Source of the DNA: Phoronis australis
Taxonomy: Eukaryota > Animalia > Phoronida
NCBI GenBank assembly: GCA_002633005.1
Contig: NMRA01000029.1
Span: 636,956-700,955 of the forward strand
DNA length: 64,000 nucleotides
Reading direction: 5' to 3'
The notes beneath the pieces are model-generated. The model was not told the origin of the DNA. It saw only the letters and a program-made list of their open reading frames with translations, and did not search any database. A program made the translations under genes and the position numbers. Shown piece by piece: positions 36,778 through 50,117 of this stretch. Every line of letters starts with the position of its first letter. The first letter of the stretch is position 1.

Positions 36778-36878
36778 TACCACAGGCACCTTTAAGTAGC
36801 CCTCTACAATAAAACATAATAAAGTTATATTGTATTATTATGTTATATTGTAGAGGGCTACTAAAGGTGCCTGTGGTA
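36778..36878. repeat. ~100-bp hairpin (micro-MITE)
   Basis: taccacaggcacctttaagtagccctctacaata / tattgtagagggctactaaaggtgcctgtggta. Confidence 0.8.
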
Positions 36879-39800
36879 GTACTTACCTAGATTGTCACAA
36901 CTGCAACTGTCAATTTTTTGTGTTCACGTGACCCTACATCAAAAGTTTTATTGGCTAAACGATTTACTTAGCATACACAGCGACCCCTAATGGGCCTTTT
37001 GGTGCGCATTCCCGTTTTAAATTTTAAATCATCAAATATACTCGGGAACCCAATGGTCGTCCGCCTAAGCATAAAACCGGCTTATGGTCGTACTCACCCA
37101 ATTATTCCACTTCAGAGTTATGCTCTGCATAGAACTTGATTTGACTCTCACAAACCCATAGTAATAGTTGATTCAAAAGTTTTCTTTTATTTATGCCGAG
37201 TTGTTTGAACTGTGCATTGCTTGTCAGTAGCCATTTTATAATGACTCCTCATATGCTGCCGCCTTTTGAAAGAACAGAAAACCACGCAGAAAAAGGCCAA
37301 GAAAATAGTGGGAAGTGGTTTTACAGCAATTCTACTTCAACCACAAACTGTTTTACTAGTATGATATCGATTTTTAAATCTGGAAAATAAATCGCAATTG
37401 CTTTATTCCAGATAGACCTTACTTATTTTCTATTTGTGTCCTCTTTACTTGACTTTTTGCTCTTGTTGTTCTTAACACCAATTATCTCTGCTGTCTTTCT
37501 TTTTCTTTTCAGTTTTTCTTCATTCTCTAGTGTTAACACCTTGTCAGCCAAAACAGAACTGTAACCCTTTGAGACTTTGTCAGTGCAGTGATCATTGAAC
37601 CTCGATACAATTGTTCTAATAAATTACCCAATATCGTATTGTTTGATTTTTTCTCGCCTTTAATAGGCTTGTGCAATCATACATAAATAAATAAATACCC
37701 AAGTTGTATTTGCATTTTATTGCTCAATCTCTTCTTTTTTTATTATGTCATGCTGTGTTGTATGTAACAATGCAATATAGTGAAATAAAGTCAATGTTTT
37801 ACTTTATTGGTGGCCATTCTCCGTATCAATTCAAATATTTTAATTTTCTTCAAATAAATTCAAAATGCATTAACCAAAAATTTCAACATAAATGTTGAGC
37901 TCAGTACTTTGTTTTGCAATAAACAACAAGTGGACAATATTTTGATGACCAAGGCGTGGGCCGAAACTGTTAAGCACCCAGCGTGTTCCATTTGTCAGTT
38001 GCGTTTTTCCTTTGGCCTAACGGGTGTCGGTTAGTGCCTGGGACAAATAGATACATTGCATAAACAATCTCTGAGTTGTTTTATGTTCCGTCTGAAGAAA
38101 ATTTAATTTCGAAAATATCTTCTGAAAATGAACAAAAAAGTGCATTAGTAAAATCTACAAGTTTTTAAGTGGTCTCAAAAAAACAGTCGATAAATGCATT
38201 AATTTTAGTCTCGGTTCTTCCACGCGCGTTTCTCCCAAGAGGTTAGTACCTAACGTGTAGACGAGCACTCCAAATTGGAACGTTAAGAGTCCCGCGTGGC
38301 TGCACTGCACGCCAAAGAAGATGGCGGACGACCTTTGGAGCACCACGTTGGAGTCCGGTCTCGCTGGTGGCGTTTTTCGTTCCCCAAATCGATTCATAGA
38401 AAAGGTGGCGACTCAAGATGAGCTGCCTGTGCAAATGAGGGAAATTGGTTTCATGTCTGAGTTAATTTTACCATCAATTATGACGTGCGATTTCACTGTG
38501 CACGTACCACTGCAACCCGCATGCTGGATTGTTGGACTAAAAAGTCATAGCCAGTACAAGGAGCATCTATTGGTCATAACTTTGACATTAGCCTACAAGG
38601 TTAAACCACTTTTCAGGCCTCCGAATGTTTGTTTTTGTTACTTTTCTGTGACCAGTAGACATTGGCATCGGAAATCTCATTGGATGATTTGGCAACTTTT
38701 TGGAAACTTGCAAATAAATGTAGCCGAGGCCCGCCTATTTTGTGGTTCCCGCTGTGTAAATGGTGCTCAAAGTTTCTGTAGGGACATGGACTAGGAACTC
38801 AAAAATAAGCAAAATGCTAGGAAACTATAGATTTTAATTCAGAAAGTTGAACATCTCAGTGTAATTGATATTGTCTGTAGTCAAGACAGATATTTTACTA
38901 GTACCCAGGTTTTTATCACTAAAAAGAAAGCTTCATAGAAAAACACCCGCATCAATAACACGATCAAATTTAATTCTTTATATATGTTCAGTGTAAGATA
39001 TCAAAAATGCTGTTACATGATGTGATATGTTTTATGAAACTTAAAAGATTTTTATTGACCATCAAAATCCCGGCCTCAGTATTTTTGATAGCTTTAATTG
39101 ATCCTCGTGGAAAAGCGATGGAGGGTGTAATATATATAAGCAACTTATAAGTCGTGTTCACATCGAAGGTGATCACGTAAACTCTATACAAGAGACCGAT
39201 TTACAATAACTATTATCAAACAACATTATCCACTGAAGAAAACGTTTCTCAGCACATTTTTGTACACCACTGCAGAATACCTAATTCTTTTGTACTGCTC
39301 TGACGTACAAGTCATCTAGATTGCGATAAAATCTCACCAATTTTGGACCAAAGTAGTTTCCAAAATTGCACATGTTACATTTTTGAAAACTTTCTAAAGC
39401 TGTTGTGAATGTCCACAGTTTCTTAAAAACATTGACTATCTGACAGGAACTTATAAAGTGGTCAAGCATTTATTTGATGGAAAAATAAAATAAAATTATA
39501 ATTGCCCCAAATATGTCCTAATTTGGTGAGATTTAATGAGTTGTAATGTTACGGTATGTATGGATTTCTGTATTTTTCAGTGTTATCTATCATTTGAGCA
39601 ATACATCCTTAAACTAAGCCATTATGTTGCTTTAAAGTGCAACATATTTTTGTGCAGACCTTCATTTGTTAAAGATGTTATAATTACTTGACGTATATCA
39701 GTTCAGCTGTTAGAAATACTTCTACTGAAATAATAATATTACAACAGAACAGCAGAGGTGTTCAAACAATTGTTAACACGTATGCATTGCCAGCATGGTT

Positions 39801-42800
39801 TGTACTGTAGATGGCGCTAAACCATTTTTGATAAATTTTGTGTTTTGTCAGTGCAGTCCTTTGAAAAGTGGACAGTGACTCATGGCAATTACTGTTGTAT
39901 GCCTATTAGTTTCCGGCTTGCCCATAAGGTAGCACGCTGGTCAGCGACCTCGTAAATAAATACTCTTTTAAGCTATCAGACTTTATCTTTGTAACACAAC
40001 AACTTTGTAACACAACAATTACTTTTGTCGGAAGTAAGTGAATGCGAATTGCAATAACTATTGACTTCAGGTGACTGTGTTGGAACATGGCAATAAAACA
40101 TGAGTCTATTAAGATCATGTAGAACCCTAGAAAAATGTGCAAATTTGACCAATTTTGAAACATCACAATGTTATGGCTGATCAGATTCTTATGAAACTTC
40201 TAGATACTCCATTCTCCAACACGCTGTTAGGAATTGGTTTTAAAATAGTCCATTTTTCAGGAGGTGCTATCATAAATAGGACTTTTATGATTTTCATAAT
40301 AAAATCAAAATTACGGGAAACAAAAAAAATTGATCATTCAGAAACTGTTAACAACGCTTTTAGATTTTATATCAAATGAAAGTTGGTCAGTTCTTGATAC
40401 CTGTTTGCTATCTAGAGCTAAATTTCACCAAAAAGCGAGGGTCACGGCATAACCCAAGTAACAACAGTGTGTTTAAAAGCACAAAATCATGTTCTGCAGA
40501 CTTTTCATTTTGCAGAAAACAAAATTTTGCTTAGTTAACATCTACATTTTTGTAGTTATTTGACTAAACACTCACTAAAGTGGGACGTGCAATCTTAGTT
40601 TCTTGTGTGATTATTTGTGTCATATGAATGTCAATTGGACAAAAAAGCTTTTGCAAAATAAGAAGAGAGAAAAAAAATTGACACTGAAAAATATAATTTA
40701 CAGAATTTACACATATTTTTAACTCTGACTTCTTTTTAACAAGATGGAGTGTTTTTTGCCCAATTTACATAAAATTTAAGCTATATTTTTTCGTTGAAGT
40801 ATGGCCCTCTGGCGACCCTTTTTGGTTTTCGGAGCCACAGCTCTTGACTTGATGCATCCTGTAGTCGAATTTTTTTTTAAATGTTGCCAAGTGTTCACAA
40901 TTATTTAATCACCTTGTTTTTCCAGTGGTTATAGTAAAATGTCCCCAAATTCTAAAGTTAAGCACTATAACTGCCCTTTCTCATTTTCAAGAGATTTTAG
41001 CATGGATCTAAATGTTCAAAACTTGACAAAATACTTTCCGATGAAAGCTATGCTAGAGAACTGAAAATTGTAAAACATTAATTTGGTGCCACAGTTATCT
41101 TCCACGGATAAATGAGTACCTGTCCATAAGATTCCATTTGTCGCCCATACTTTGTCCTGAATTGGTGAAATTTTACAATTTTTTGTTCAGATTTGGCTAA
41201 ATTTGGAACGTCATACTTCTGATGTGACTCGTCGAATTCATATGAAACTTTCAAATACTGTGCCGAACATGACTCGTGCTCAGTTCTCCAAAAAAGAATT
41301 GTTTTAAATGTTCCTCTTATGCATGAGGGTCAATGGTTTTTCTAAAATAATAAAATGTTGCATGAAACAGAAACGAAACATTAATTTAGAAAACTGCCTC
41401 ATGATAGTTTTTGAGATTTTATTTTGGAACTTATCAAACAAAATTTGGTCATGTGATTGTTACAATCGTTTTGTGATGAATGTACCTTTCTTTTTTGCTC
41501 ATTTTGCTAAAAAAACATGGTCACATGATCGTGAATGGGAACTGGTAGAAAGTCGAAAATCACAATTTGCAGGCTTTCTACTTTTACAAAATATCTACAT
41601 TTGCTTAACTGAAATCTGTAGCTTAGTTGATATTTTGCTTAATTCCCATACTTGTAGATAAGGTCCTTCGTATCCTGAAAAAGTCATAAAACAAAATACG
41701 TGCCTTTTTTATATTTCAGGCGCTTTGTGCCAAAATTGGTCAAGATGAAGAGGAGTGAATTCTTTTTTCGAGTGCCGGATGTTAATGACACGGATCATTG
41801 AGTGTGAGCAAGTTGTGCTGTTCAATACCTGGAAATATCTGCAGTAATTGAAGATTTGTGTAAAAGTTCTTTTTCAGAGTGTTTATCAGAGATTCGTTTG
41901 CAGTTAAGTTAATTTCTTACAGAGCTCTGCCAGTGATGAATTTCAATTGTTTTTGGCGACTGTTTAAACTTAACATAGAGTGCTACACCGTTTCCAGTAA
42001 ACTCTGATTTTGTAAAACAAAGTAATGCTTTATTTCAATGGACTTCATTCTCCAGTCAATTAATACTTGTTGATATGAATTATTCACTTTATAGTATACT
42101 ACATTACCAGGTTTGCCAATAGGCTATTGTTGCCAGTGTGATCTAATTGGTTTGGCTGAGGAAACCTCACCACCCAGATAATCTTCGGGAGTGCTGTTGG
42201 CATGCGTTATCTGCCTTATGCTGTAAGTTACAAAATTACAGTTTTTATAAAACAGGGGAATGGAAAGATTTTTCCATTGTGCTGATATGTGCCATAACTT
42301 CTTTCCACTCCAGCAATAACTTCCAGCCACTCATATCTCGTTTTGCGTTATATGGTTCACTTCTCATGGAACACAGAACAACTGAAGAAAACATTTTTTC
42401 ATTAAGTTAATTGAATGATGTGCGATGAAAAATAGAAAATATTTAAGATATACATGTTTTTATTTCATTGACCTAAGTTCATGTTGGTTTCTGACTTATA
42501 TATATCGGAGTAGGTTAGTAACCAAGGCAACTCTGGTTTCTAATGTATAGTGAAGGCTGTCAATATGTCCAGTCTACTTAATATTTTCTGCCTTTGTCCC
42601 GTTTTCTGCCTCATTTTACTTGTTGGAACAAAACTCCATGTGTCCAAGTGTCTAAACCGGCAAAATTGTGATATTGGTGAACTTATGGAATGCTATAGTC
42701 ACAGTTTTGTTTCTATGTTTATGAAAACACCGCTCCATAACGCTGCTGACCTTGTGCACGCGCAGCGACTCTCTAGGTCGGAAGGTCACAATGAATATTT

Positions 42801-42814
42801 ATGTTTGTGGTTAA

Positions 42815-44146
42815 AGGTGAAAGCAACCTTTTTTCATGTCACTTTTAGCAAAAACAAGGTCCATTGATTATCCCAGACATATTTTTCACTTAATTACGGC
42901 TTTTTGTAATTTTATTAATTTTCTCGTCCTCTACTCCGGAAGTGTCGTTTTGGGAGGCAAGAGTTTCGCGCCAATTTCATTTCATTATAGTCTGACTGTG
43001 AGAGCTGTCGAGTCAGTCATTGTTCTACCTCGGTTGTGATAAGTTCAGTCGTCGTTTGCTCTTGTTTACAAGTCAGTCAACATGCCACGCTGTTACTACG
43101 TGCCGGGATGTACTCATTATCGTCTCACACGCGCTTTGGGTATCTTGCGTCGCTTTCCGAAGGATGACACACTTCGCTGTACTTGGCTAGCTCGTTCATG
43201 TGAAGAACGCAGCGCTACCCGTCCACGCAACGTGGAAAGCAGTGGAAGGTTACCGAGTGTGTGGCAAGCATTTTCAGCCGTCAGATTATGAGATATGTAC
43301 GCTGAATTGATGAAGGTCCCTGCGAAACAATTAACACCTGAAGAAGGGTACCATACCGTCGCTGTTGATTCCTGGCAGTGCTCCGTCGCCAACCCCGAGA
43401 AGTGCGTTTCTGAAGCATAGAAGCCTCGCGAGCTCACAGTGGCCACTATATATAGTGACTGGAGGCACTTCATCTACTGTCACCTGTGCCTCCGACGTAC
43501 CATATTGCGTGCATTTCCGGGAACTAGCAGTGATTCGCCCTGTGCTGTTGTCTCTAGCCCAGAGCCTGTAAGCAGCCCTGCAGCGATGTTGAGTAGTGGG
43601 AGTGAATACAGGCCCAGTTCGACATGCAGTGAAGAGGACAGATCGTCATCCAATGAACAGATCGGTGAGCCTAAGTTTGATAAGTTTATTGTGGACTTGT
43701 ATTGGAGCTATTTGGAAGGCGCCAGGTGTGTGGCGAGGGAGTCACACAGCGGGATGTAAGCAGTTTGGGTGCTCAGATCACCCTTGAGTGGGAGTGTGTC
43801 GCGGGACACTTGGGCAAGTGGGACAGTTCTTCCTCTGTACGTGAGACGATAATGAGTACACCCCAGTACGCAGCAACAGCGTGGCATGTTGACTGACTCG
43901 TAAGCAAAAGCAAACGACGACCGAACTGATCACAACTGAGGTAGAACAATGACTGACTCGACTGCTCTCACAGTTAGACTATATGAAAAGAAATTGGCGC
44001 GAAATTCTTGCCCCCCAAAACGTCACTTTCGGAGTAGACGACGAGTAATTAATTAAATTACGAAAAGCAGTGAATAAGTGAAAAATATGTCTGGGATAAT
44101 CAACGAACCTTGCTAAAAAGGACATGAAAAAAGGTTGCCTTCACCT
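42815..44146 (+). mobile_element. Kolobok-like DNA transposon derivative with frameshifted THAP domain
   Basis: TTAA at 42811 and 44147, termini AGGTGAA..TTCACCT, ~300-bp TIRs; MPRCYYVPGC..FPKD..W (43082) and YRVCGKHF (~43250, other frame) form a THAP C2CH motif. Confidence 0.88.
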
Positions 44147-45420
44147 TTAAAAACAAACACCAGAACTTCTAATCAATCCTATTTGTGCAACAGTTTGTGA
44201 TGGATTTGTATTTTTTAAGGAGCCTTAAAGTGGTAACTAAATGTAGTTGTGTTTTTTGGAAGAAATAGTGCGAAATTAAAAAATATTGAAGAAAAAGTTC
44301 ATTGGCAAGAAATATAATGCATTGATAGCCTTTGAGTAGCAATGGCACATGGCTAAAAGTATTGTGAAATGTATTATCTTTATTCTAACTTGACATTTAA
44401 GAAAATTGCACCTTTGGCGAGTTAAGGAAATGCAAATTCATTTTCAACGTATCTTGTCATGTCATGCTGGAATACAAATGATGTATTTTGCCAATAGGAG
44501 ATTTGCTTCGGTTCATTAGTGCTTTTTATTTGCCTGTTCGAATTTACCAGAACTTGTTTGATATGGGAAATTTGCCCAGACAATCCAAAACATTAATTTA
44601 ATGAATTTTGATGGTTTATAGAAAGTGAAGGTCTCAGTTTGGGAACGGTGTCACATATTTCTTGGAGTTCTGGTAAGTACTTTTTTATTATTGCTTAGTG
44701 AAAGTCAAGTACCTTGTTTTTTGTTCTTGATGTTTATTATGAAATAGTCAGTACAATAAATATACAAACCCAGAAGGCACTAAGGAGGCATTGTATCGGG
44801 GCTAAAAATACAACAAAGAAATCTATATACAATTATACACAGATATATAAATTCATAAATTGATGTTAATATTACAATGACATATGATTACGAATATAAA
44901 TAAATCATATTCATACATGAAAACAATTTTATCGACTCTCACAAAGAGATAAAACCTTATTTTGATTTAGGGTCGAGTACGTTACATCCATTTAGAACAA
45001 AATGAATTTTGTTAATGATTTGAGGAATATCTGAATATTTTTTGTAAACATTGGAGTATTGTTTGAGTTGTTGTCCATCAAGTTTGTTTTCGGTGACCTT
45101 GACATACACCATTTTCAAGGTGTTCATGGGAAAATCAAGTTTTTATGCAGAAAATGGTTTTTGTTGTGATATCTCAAGAAGGAAGATATGGTGTGCAATT
45201 AAATTACTCTGACAAATTCTCAAGTTGACTTCCTTGCTCTTCTTTTTTTGGTCTATCGTATTTGTGTTGTAGCTAGGTCATATTTTCTGTGATCGACATG
45301 AAATTTGCATGCAATATTTATCTCATCAATTGCTTGAAGTGTGTGGTCTAATCGACTGAAATCAGACACAGATTGGCGGTGTGACAGCGATCCTTCCACA
45401 GAACCATCTGAAAGTTGCTG

Positions 45421-45596
45421 TATAAATATTGATTATTACATGGCGAAGTCGTTATCCCCCGTTATCTGGAGCCCAAGTGGATTTTGGAGAATTATCGCCT
45501 GAGGGGCATTAGCCCCGAGGGTGATAATTCTACAATATCCACGAGGGCTCTAGATAAGGGGGATAACGGTTGAGAACATGTAAGAATCTATTTATA
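45421..45596. repeat. ~175-bp palindrome
   Basis: tataaat..attacatg..gttatccccc..ttatctggagccc..gtggat..gaattatcgcct / agggtgataattc..atccac..gggctctagataa..gggggataac..catgtaa..atttata. Confidence 0.85.
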
Positions 45597-45839
45597 CCAC
45601 ATACTAAACGAGAAACATTGCAATGAATCGATTTACCTTTTCTGACTCTCCACTGAGCTTTGTAACTTCTTTCTATGTCAGTGGCCCGGGGTCGGAGGTT
45701 CGTGACCTTTTAAGAAAAACCGGGCTATTTTTGTCAAATAATGCTTTTACTCAAAACCAATTGAAAACTTAACTATAATAGAAATAAATTGAATTTATAA
45801 ATTAAGGTTTACTAACTATTATAGCTTAAAACACGTTTT

Positions 45840-46250
45840 TTTCATGCTAAGCTTCGACCAGGAAATTATCGTCTACTAAAGTAGGTTACCACTGGTAACT
45901 GAATATAATTCTCAAGTCAAAGATCCTGACGACACGATACCCGCATTCAAACTGGAGATCGGTGATTTACAAGTAAGAGGACATGAGAGAAAAATTTCAC
46001 TGAATTAAGATATCATTTTTACGGAAATTATGTGTCTAATTATTTTTCGTAGCGTATAAGTACAGTACAATGCGGTTTGTTGAACATGCGATTATTGCGC
46101 GTGCTCATTTAAGTATTCTATTTTCACTCTTGATGACGTCAGTCGCTGCATGGTGTAGTGGTAAAGTCGGCGACCAGCAATTCCAGGGTCCCGGGTTCGA
46201 CTGCGTCCTCGATTTCCGGCCAAATCGTTATCTCACTAGTGAGCTAACTT
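45840..46250 (+). repeat. Interspersed repeat with internal tRNA-like module (inverted copy at 55360-55752)
   Basis: Shared taaagtaggttaccact..gatacccgcattcaaa..ggagatcggtgatttacaagt; A box tggtgtagtggt (46151) and B box ggttcgact (46194). Confidence 0.7.
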
Positions 46251-47536
46251 TATGGGTTATTACACGGTTGTATCTGCCATTTGACGCTAATATTGTGGTA
46301 TACCTTCACTCGAGGCACTAGGACATTCCATTTCCAGCCTCACTATTGGTTCGTTTGTGTTACTGCCACGAGTTTGGTCAGCTCCTGGCTCCCATAGGCT
46401 GATGATTGTCACGTGTCATAGGGCTCCTTTGTTCTCAGTAAAGTTATATTTCCTGCCATCAGTACCTCGCTTTAGCAGCACTTAGGTTCGAGCTAATCTC
46501 TCTTCATTTTTTCCCACCCTCTACCTGACCCTCTCCTTTGGGTAGTTCCTCTTACCTGAGTGCTGGCGCTTTTTATTGCTCATCTTTCCAGAGATTATTA
46601 TTTTATCTTTATGTTATTTGTACACTCATATTTCTGTACCTTATCAGTCATAATAAATGACCTTATATCGCCTATACACAGTCTCCTTTGTATCTCTGGA
46701 AACGGAGCTTGCGACGCACCTATTATTTTCGGGATATATTCCGAGCATAAATAGGTCTATCTGCACTGCATTCTTTGTTTCTCGCTACGACCTTCTGTTC
46801 TGGAGTTATTTGATTTTCTGATTTCATGCCTGCTTTTTGCGGGTTTCTCAATGCGCTTTTAATGATGTATCATTAACTGCACATTGGTAATGGGTTTTAA
46901 GGTTGTTTTTGCTTTTGTTGACCTCACCTCTAAATTTTGATTTTGCAGACTAGCTCCTCAGGGAGCTCTCGTATTTGTAAGTTGTACATAGAAATAAAGT
47001 CAGATGGCATGTGCCTTATTGTTCACTCCCATTGTTTTGAAGGGCCAGTGGGGTTATTCTTGAGCAGTGGATAAAGTCAGTAGACACTCCTTGGTTTAAG
47101 GCACTTTTTGTATAGGGAACTTAATTGGTTCAGAAAAATACATTCATGTCTGAGTGTCACTTTTCTTCTTATAATCTTTCATTGTTAACTCTTCTGAATG
47201 GGTGTATTATGTGGTATTGGCCTAGACCTACTTACTTGTATATCGCTGAACAAAGAACAGTTTTCAACTATTTTTCTTATTGTGACTGTGTTACAGGTTG
47301 ATATATGACACCTTTTTTCAGTATTGTAGTACATCGATGTTCGTTCCTTACGATTATTCTAAATTACTTATTTCGCTCAAAAGTAATGTCTATATTATGT
47401 GTGTTACCATGATTGCCTTGTTGTCAACAATGGAAATTACCAAATATTTTTAAACATATTCACAGTACTACTGTTCTAAATGATTAGATTTTCTTAATCT
47501 CTATTGTGCAAAGAATTCACTTTTGCCCACATTTAA

Positions 47537-47883
47537 AGCTGCATTTCACCCTGTTTAGCTGACTAAAACGAAAATCGAGTAGGCCTTTTACTTTGTTAAC
47601 TTGGTCTCATGATATTACTTAGGGTCATATAATTCAATATCCATCATAAACTCAAGTCATTAAGGCAATGTATACATGTGCCATTGACAAGTTTGCAGTT
47701 TTGATGTTGGCTTGCCTCAATAAAATCTCAGGTGTCTTCTTCAGTCGCTGATCATTTTGATGTTCTTGTTGGTAATGGCAATGGAATCCTATCACTTTAA
47801 GGAATATTATGAGACTGATTTTATTTGAGTAACAAGTGGAAATAAATTTTCATTTTTAAGCAGCTACAGATTAAAGTGCAGCT
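47537..47883. mobile_element. TTAA-type (Kolobok/T2-like) MITE
   Basis: ttaa-agctgca...tgcagct-ttag; internal inverted gtctcatgatatt / aatattatgagac. Confidence 0.55.
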
Positions 47884-48592
47884 TTAGAAGATTTGAAATT
47901 ACATTCGAAACATCATTGCACTTGATAAAACTTAATGTCTTTGTTTGATGAAATTAAAAAATAACCCCAAACTGCTTCTGAGCAGCTTTGGTGTTCATGG
48001 AGGTATTTGAGGACAATGAAAATGTAAAATGCCTGCATACAAGTGGTTGTATTTGCATTGTCAACAATAAAAAGGTCGTTAGTTTTGGCTTGGCGGTAAA
48101 ATTAGTTGGCAGACTATCTGGATGACTGGGTTATTTTACACATAATGTGAGTACTGAGCTCTTTTTTCTGTCTTGTTGATTGCATGGTGAAGTGATGATA
48201 GAGTTTGTTCCCTTTCACATTTAGCTAATGGGTAGCTTTTGTGATAGTGGTATTATATTGTGCAAAGTGTGACAGTCACCATTATATATCATTCATGAAA
48301 TGTAGTTGCCATGCTGGCCGAACGGGCTGTAGCAAAACTGCCAGTGAGATAAAGTCTAGTTAAAAAGCAATTTTAGATTTAGTAAATGTATGCTAGGTAA
48401 TAGTTTTCACAGGCAAAATACAAGACTATGCAACGTTCTCTCAAAAAATGTGGTGCTTTCATATGGATGGGCAACATTATTGTCACATTTTCCTTCTGTG
48501 TTGTGGGTCACTTTCATTGACCTGCTGTTAATGTTCTCTAATATGTAGATGTCTGTAGGGAGGGGAGTTTCATTTCAGACAAGCGACTATGG

Positions 48593-50117
48593 TTTTTATG
48601 CGCCCACATATTTACATGTGGACGCATTATGCCGTCATCTCCGTCCGTCCGGGCGGCGTCCGTCCGGCATCCGGCGTCCGCTGCTTTATCTCCAAAACCC
48701 TTTGACCTATGTTCATGAAATTTGGCACACGTTCCATTCATGAATGGGACGGCATGTGCAGACTTTCGGAGGGATCCGACTACCGGTGTGCCCCCAAATT
48801 TTGTTTTTTACGCTTACCTTTGTATCTTCAAAAGTCCTGAAGGGATTTTCATGAAATTTGGTATGTAGGCACCTATTAGTGAGATGACGCTATCCTCTCG
48901 TTTTCAGATGGATTGGACATAGTTTGCGCCACCTAGTGGCCATTTTTAGTGTTTTCGAGTCTGTTTTTGTGCGTCCACCCCTCTATCAACCAAACTGCTC
49001 AAAGGATGATTGTGAAAATTGGCATGTATATGCTTACTATGTAGAGGACGGTTGAGGATGATTTTCCGACGATTTCGACTACTGTGGCGCCTCCCAGTGG
49101 CAGTTTTTTTTTTGCGCCTATGGCTGTATCTCCTAAACCGTTCGCAGGATCTTTACAAATTGTGTAAGTATATTTATATGATGTTAACAACGGAAGATGA
49201 CGACTTTTGGTCGGATCCGACTACCGGTGTGCCCCCTAGTGGCAATTTTAGTTTTTTACGCTTACCTTTGTATCTTCAAAAGTATTGAACGGATTTTCAT
49301 GAAATTTGGTATGTAGGCACCTATTAGTGAGATGACGCTATCCTACTGTTTTCAGATGGATTCGACGTAGTTTGCGCCACCTAGTGGCCATTTTTACTGT
49401 TTTCGAGTCTGTATTTTTGCGTCCACCCCTCTATCAACCAAACCGCTCAAAGGATGATTGTGAAAATTGGCGTGTATGTGCTTACTATAAGGAAGACAGC
49501 TGACAATGATTTTCAGACGATTTGGACTTCTGTGGCGCCTCCTAGTGGCAGTTTTGTTTTTTTGCACCCATGGCTGTATCTCCCAAACCGTTCGCAGGAT
49601 CTTTACTAAATTTAGCAAGTGTATTTATGTGATGTTGACAACGGACGATGACGACTTTAGGATGATTCTGATTACCGGTATGCCTCTAGTGGCAATTTTA
49701 GTATTTGCCTCTAGTGGCAATTTTAGTATTTTACATTGACCTCTGTATTTTCATAGGTCTTCAGGTGTATACTTTGTGTTACTTCGTGACTATGAAGGAA
49801 AAGTTCCAAGTAGAAATTTGTTTCTGGCATTCTAATGCTGTGCTAATTTCGTATGTTGGTAAATTTGTTTTTAATTCTATGTTTCTGTGGTGCTTTAAGC
49901 AACCGATGTATAGGATGTGCTTGTATTATGAAGATCACTTACATTTTGCCCCTAGCCTATTGAGGAGACATGACCATGCCTTTCCATTTTGCAAAGTACA
50001 ACATACTACATATATGCCCTCTACTGGCCACTTTATGGTACCAATAAACAACCCTAGAAGGATACCGTATACGGTGCAATTGTGGGCGCATTTCAACGCT
50101 CTGCGTTGCTCTTGTTT
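48593..50117 (+). mobile_element. Complete HINE/DINE-1-like Helentron-associated element with ~445-bp tandem units
   Basis: Same termini as 12749-13897; unit marker gcgccacctagtggccattttt at ~48926 and ~49374. Confidence 0.8.

Noticed and set aside
39280-41700. Large DNA-transposon-like AT-rich tract
   Set aside because: Looks repetitive in style, but I could not define TIRs, TSD or coding remnants.
43082-43759. Host THAP-domain gene
   Set aside because: Frameshifted, enclosed by TIRs and TTAA TSD, three decayed copies in the window.
46142-46212. Functional tRNA gene (also 4970-5045 and 55405-55472)
   Set aside because: A/B boxes present but acceptor and anticodon stems do not pair convincingly; copies diverge like repeats.
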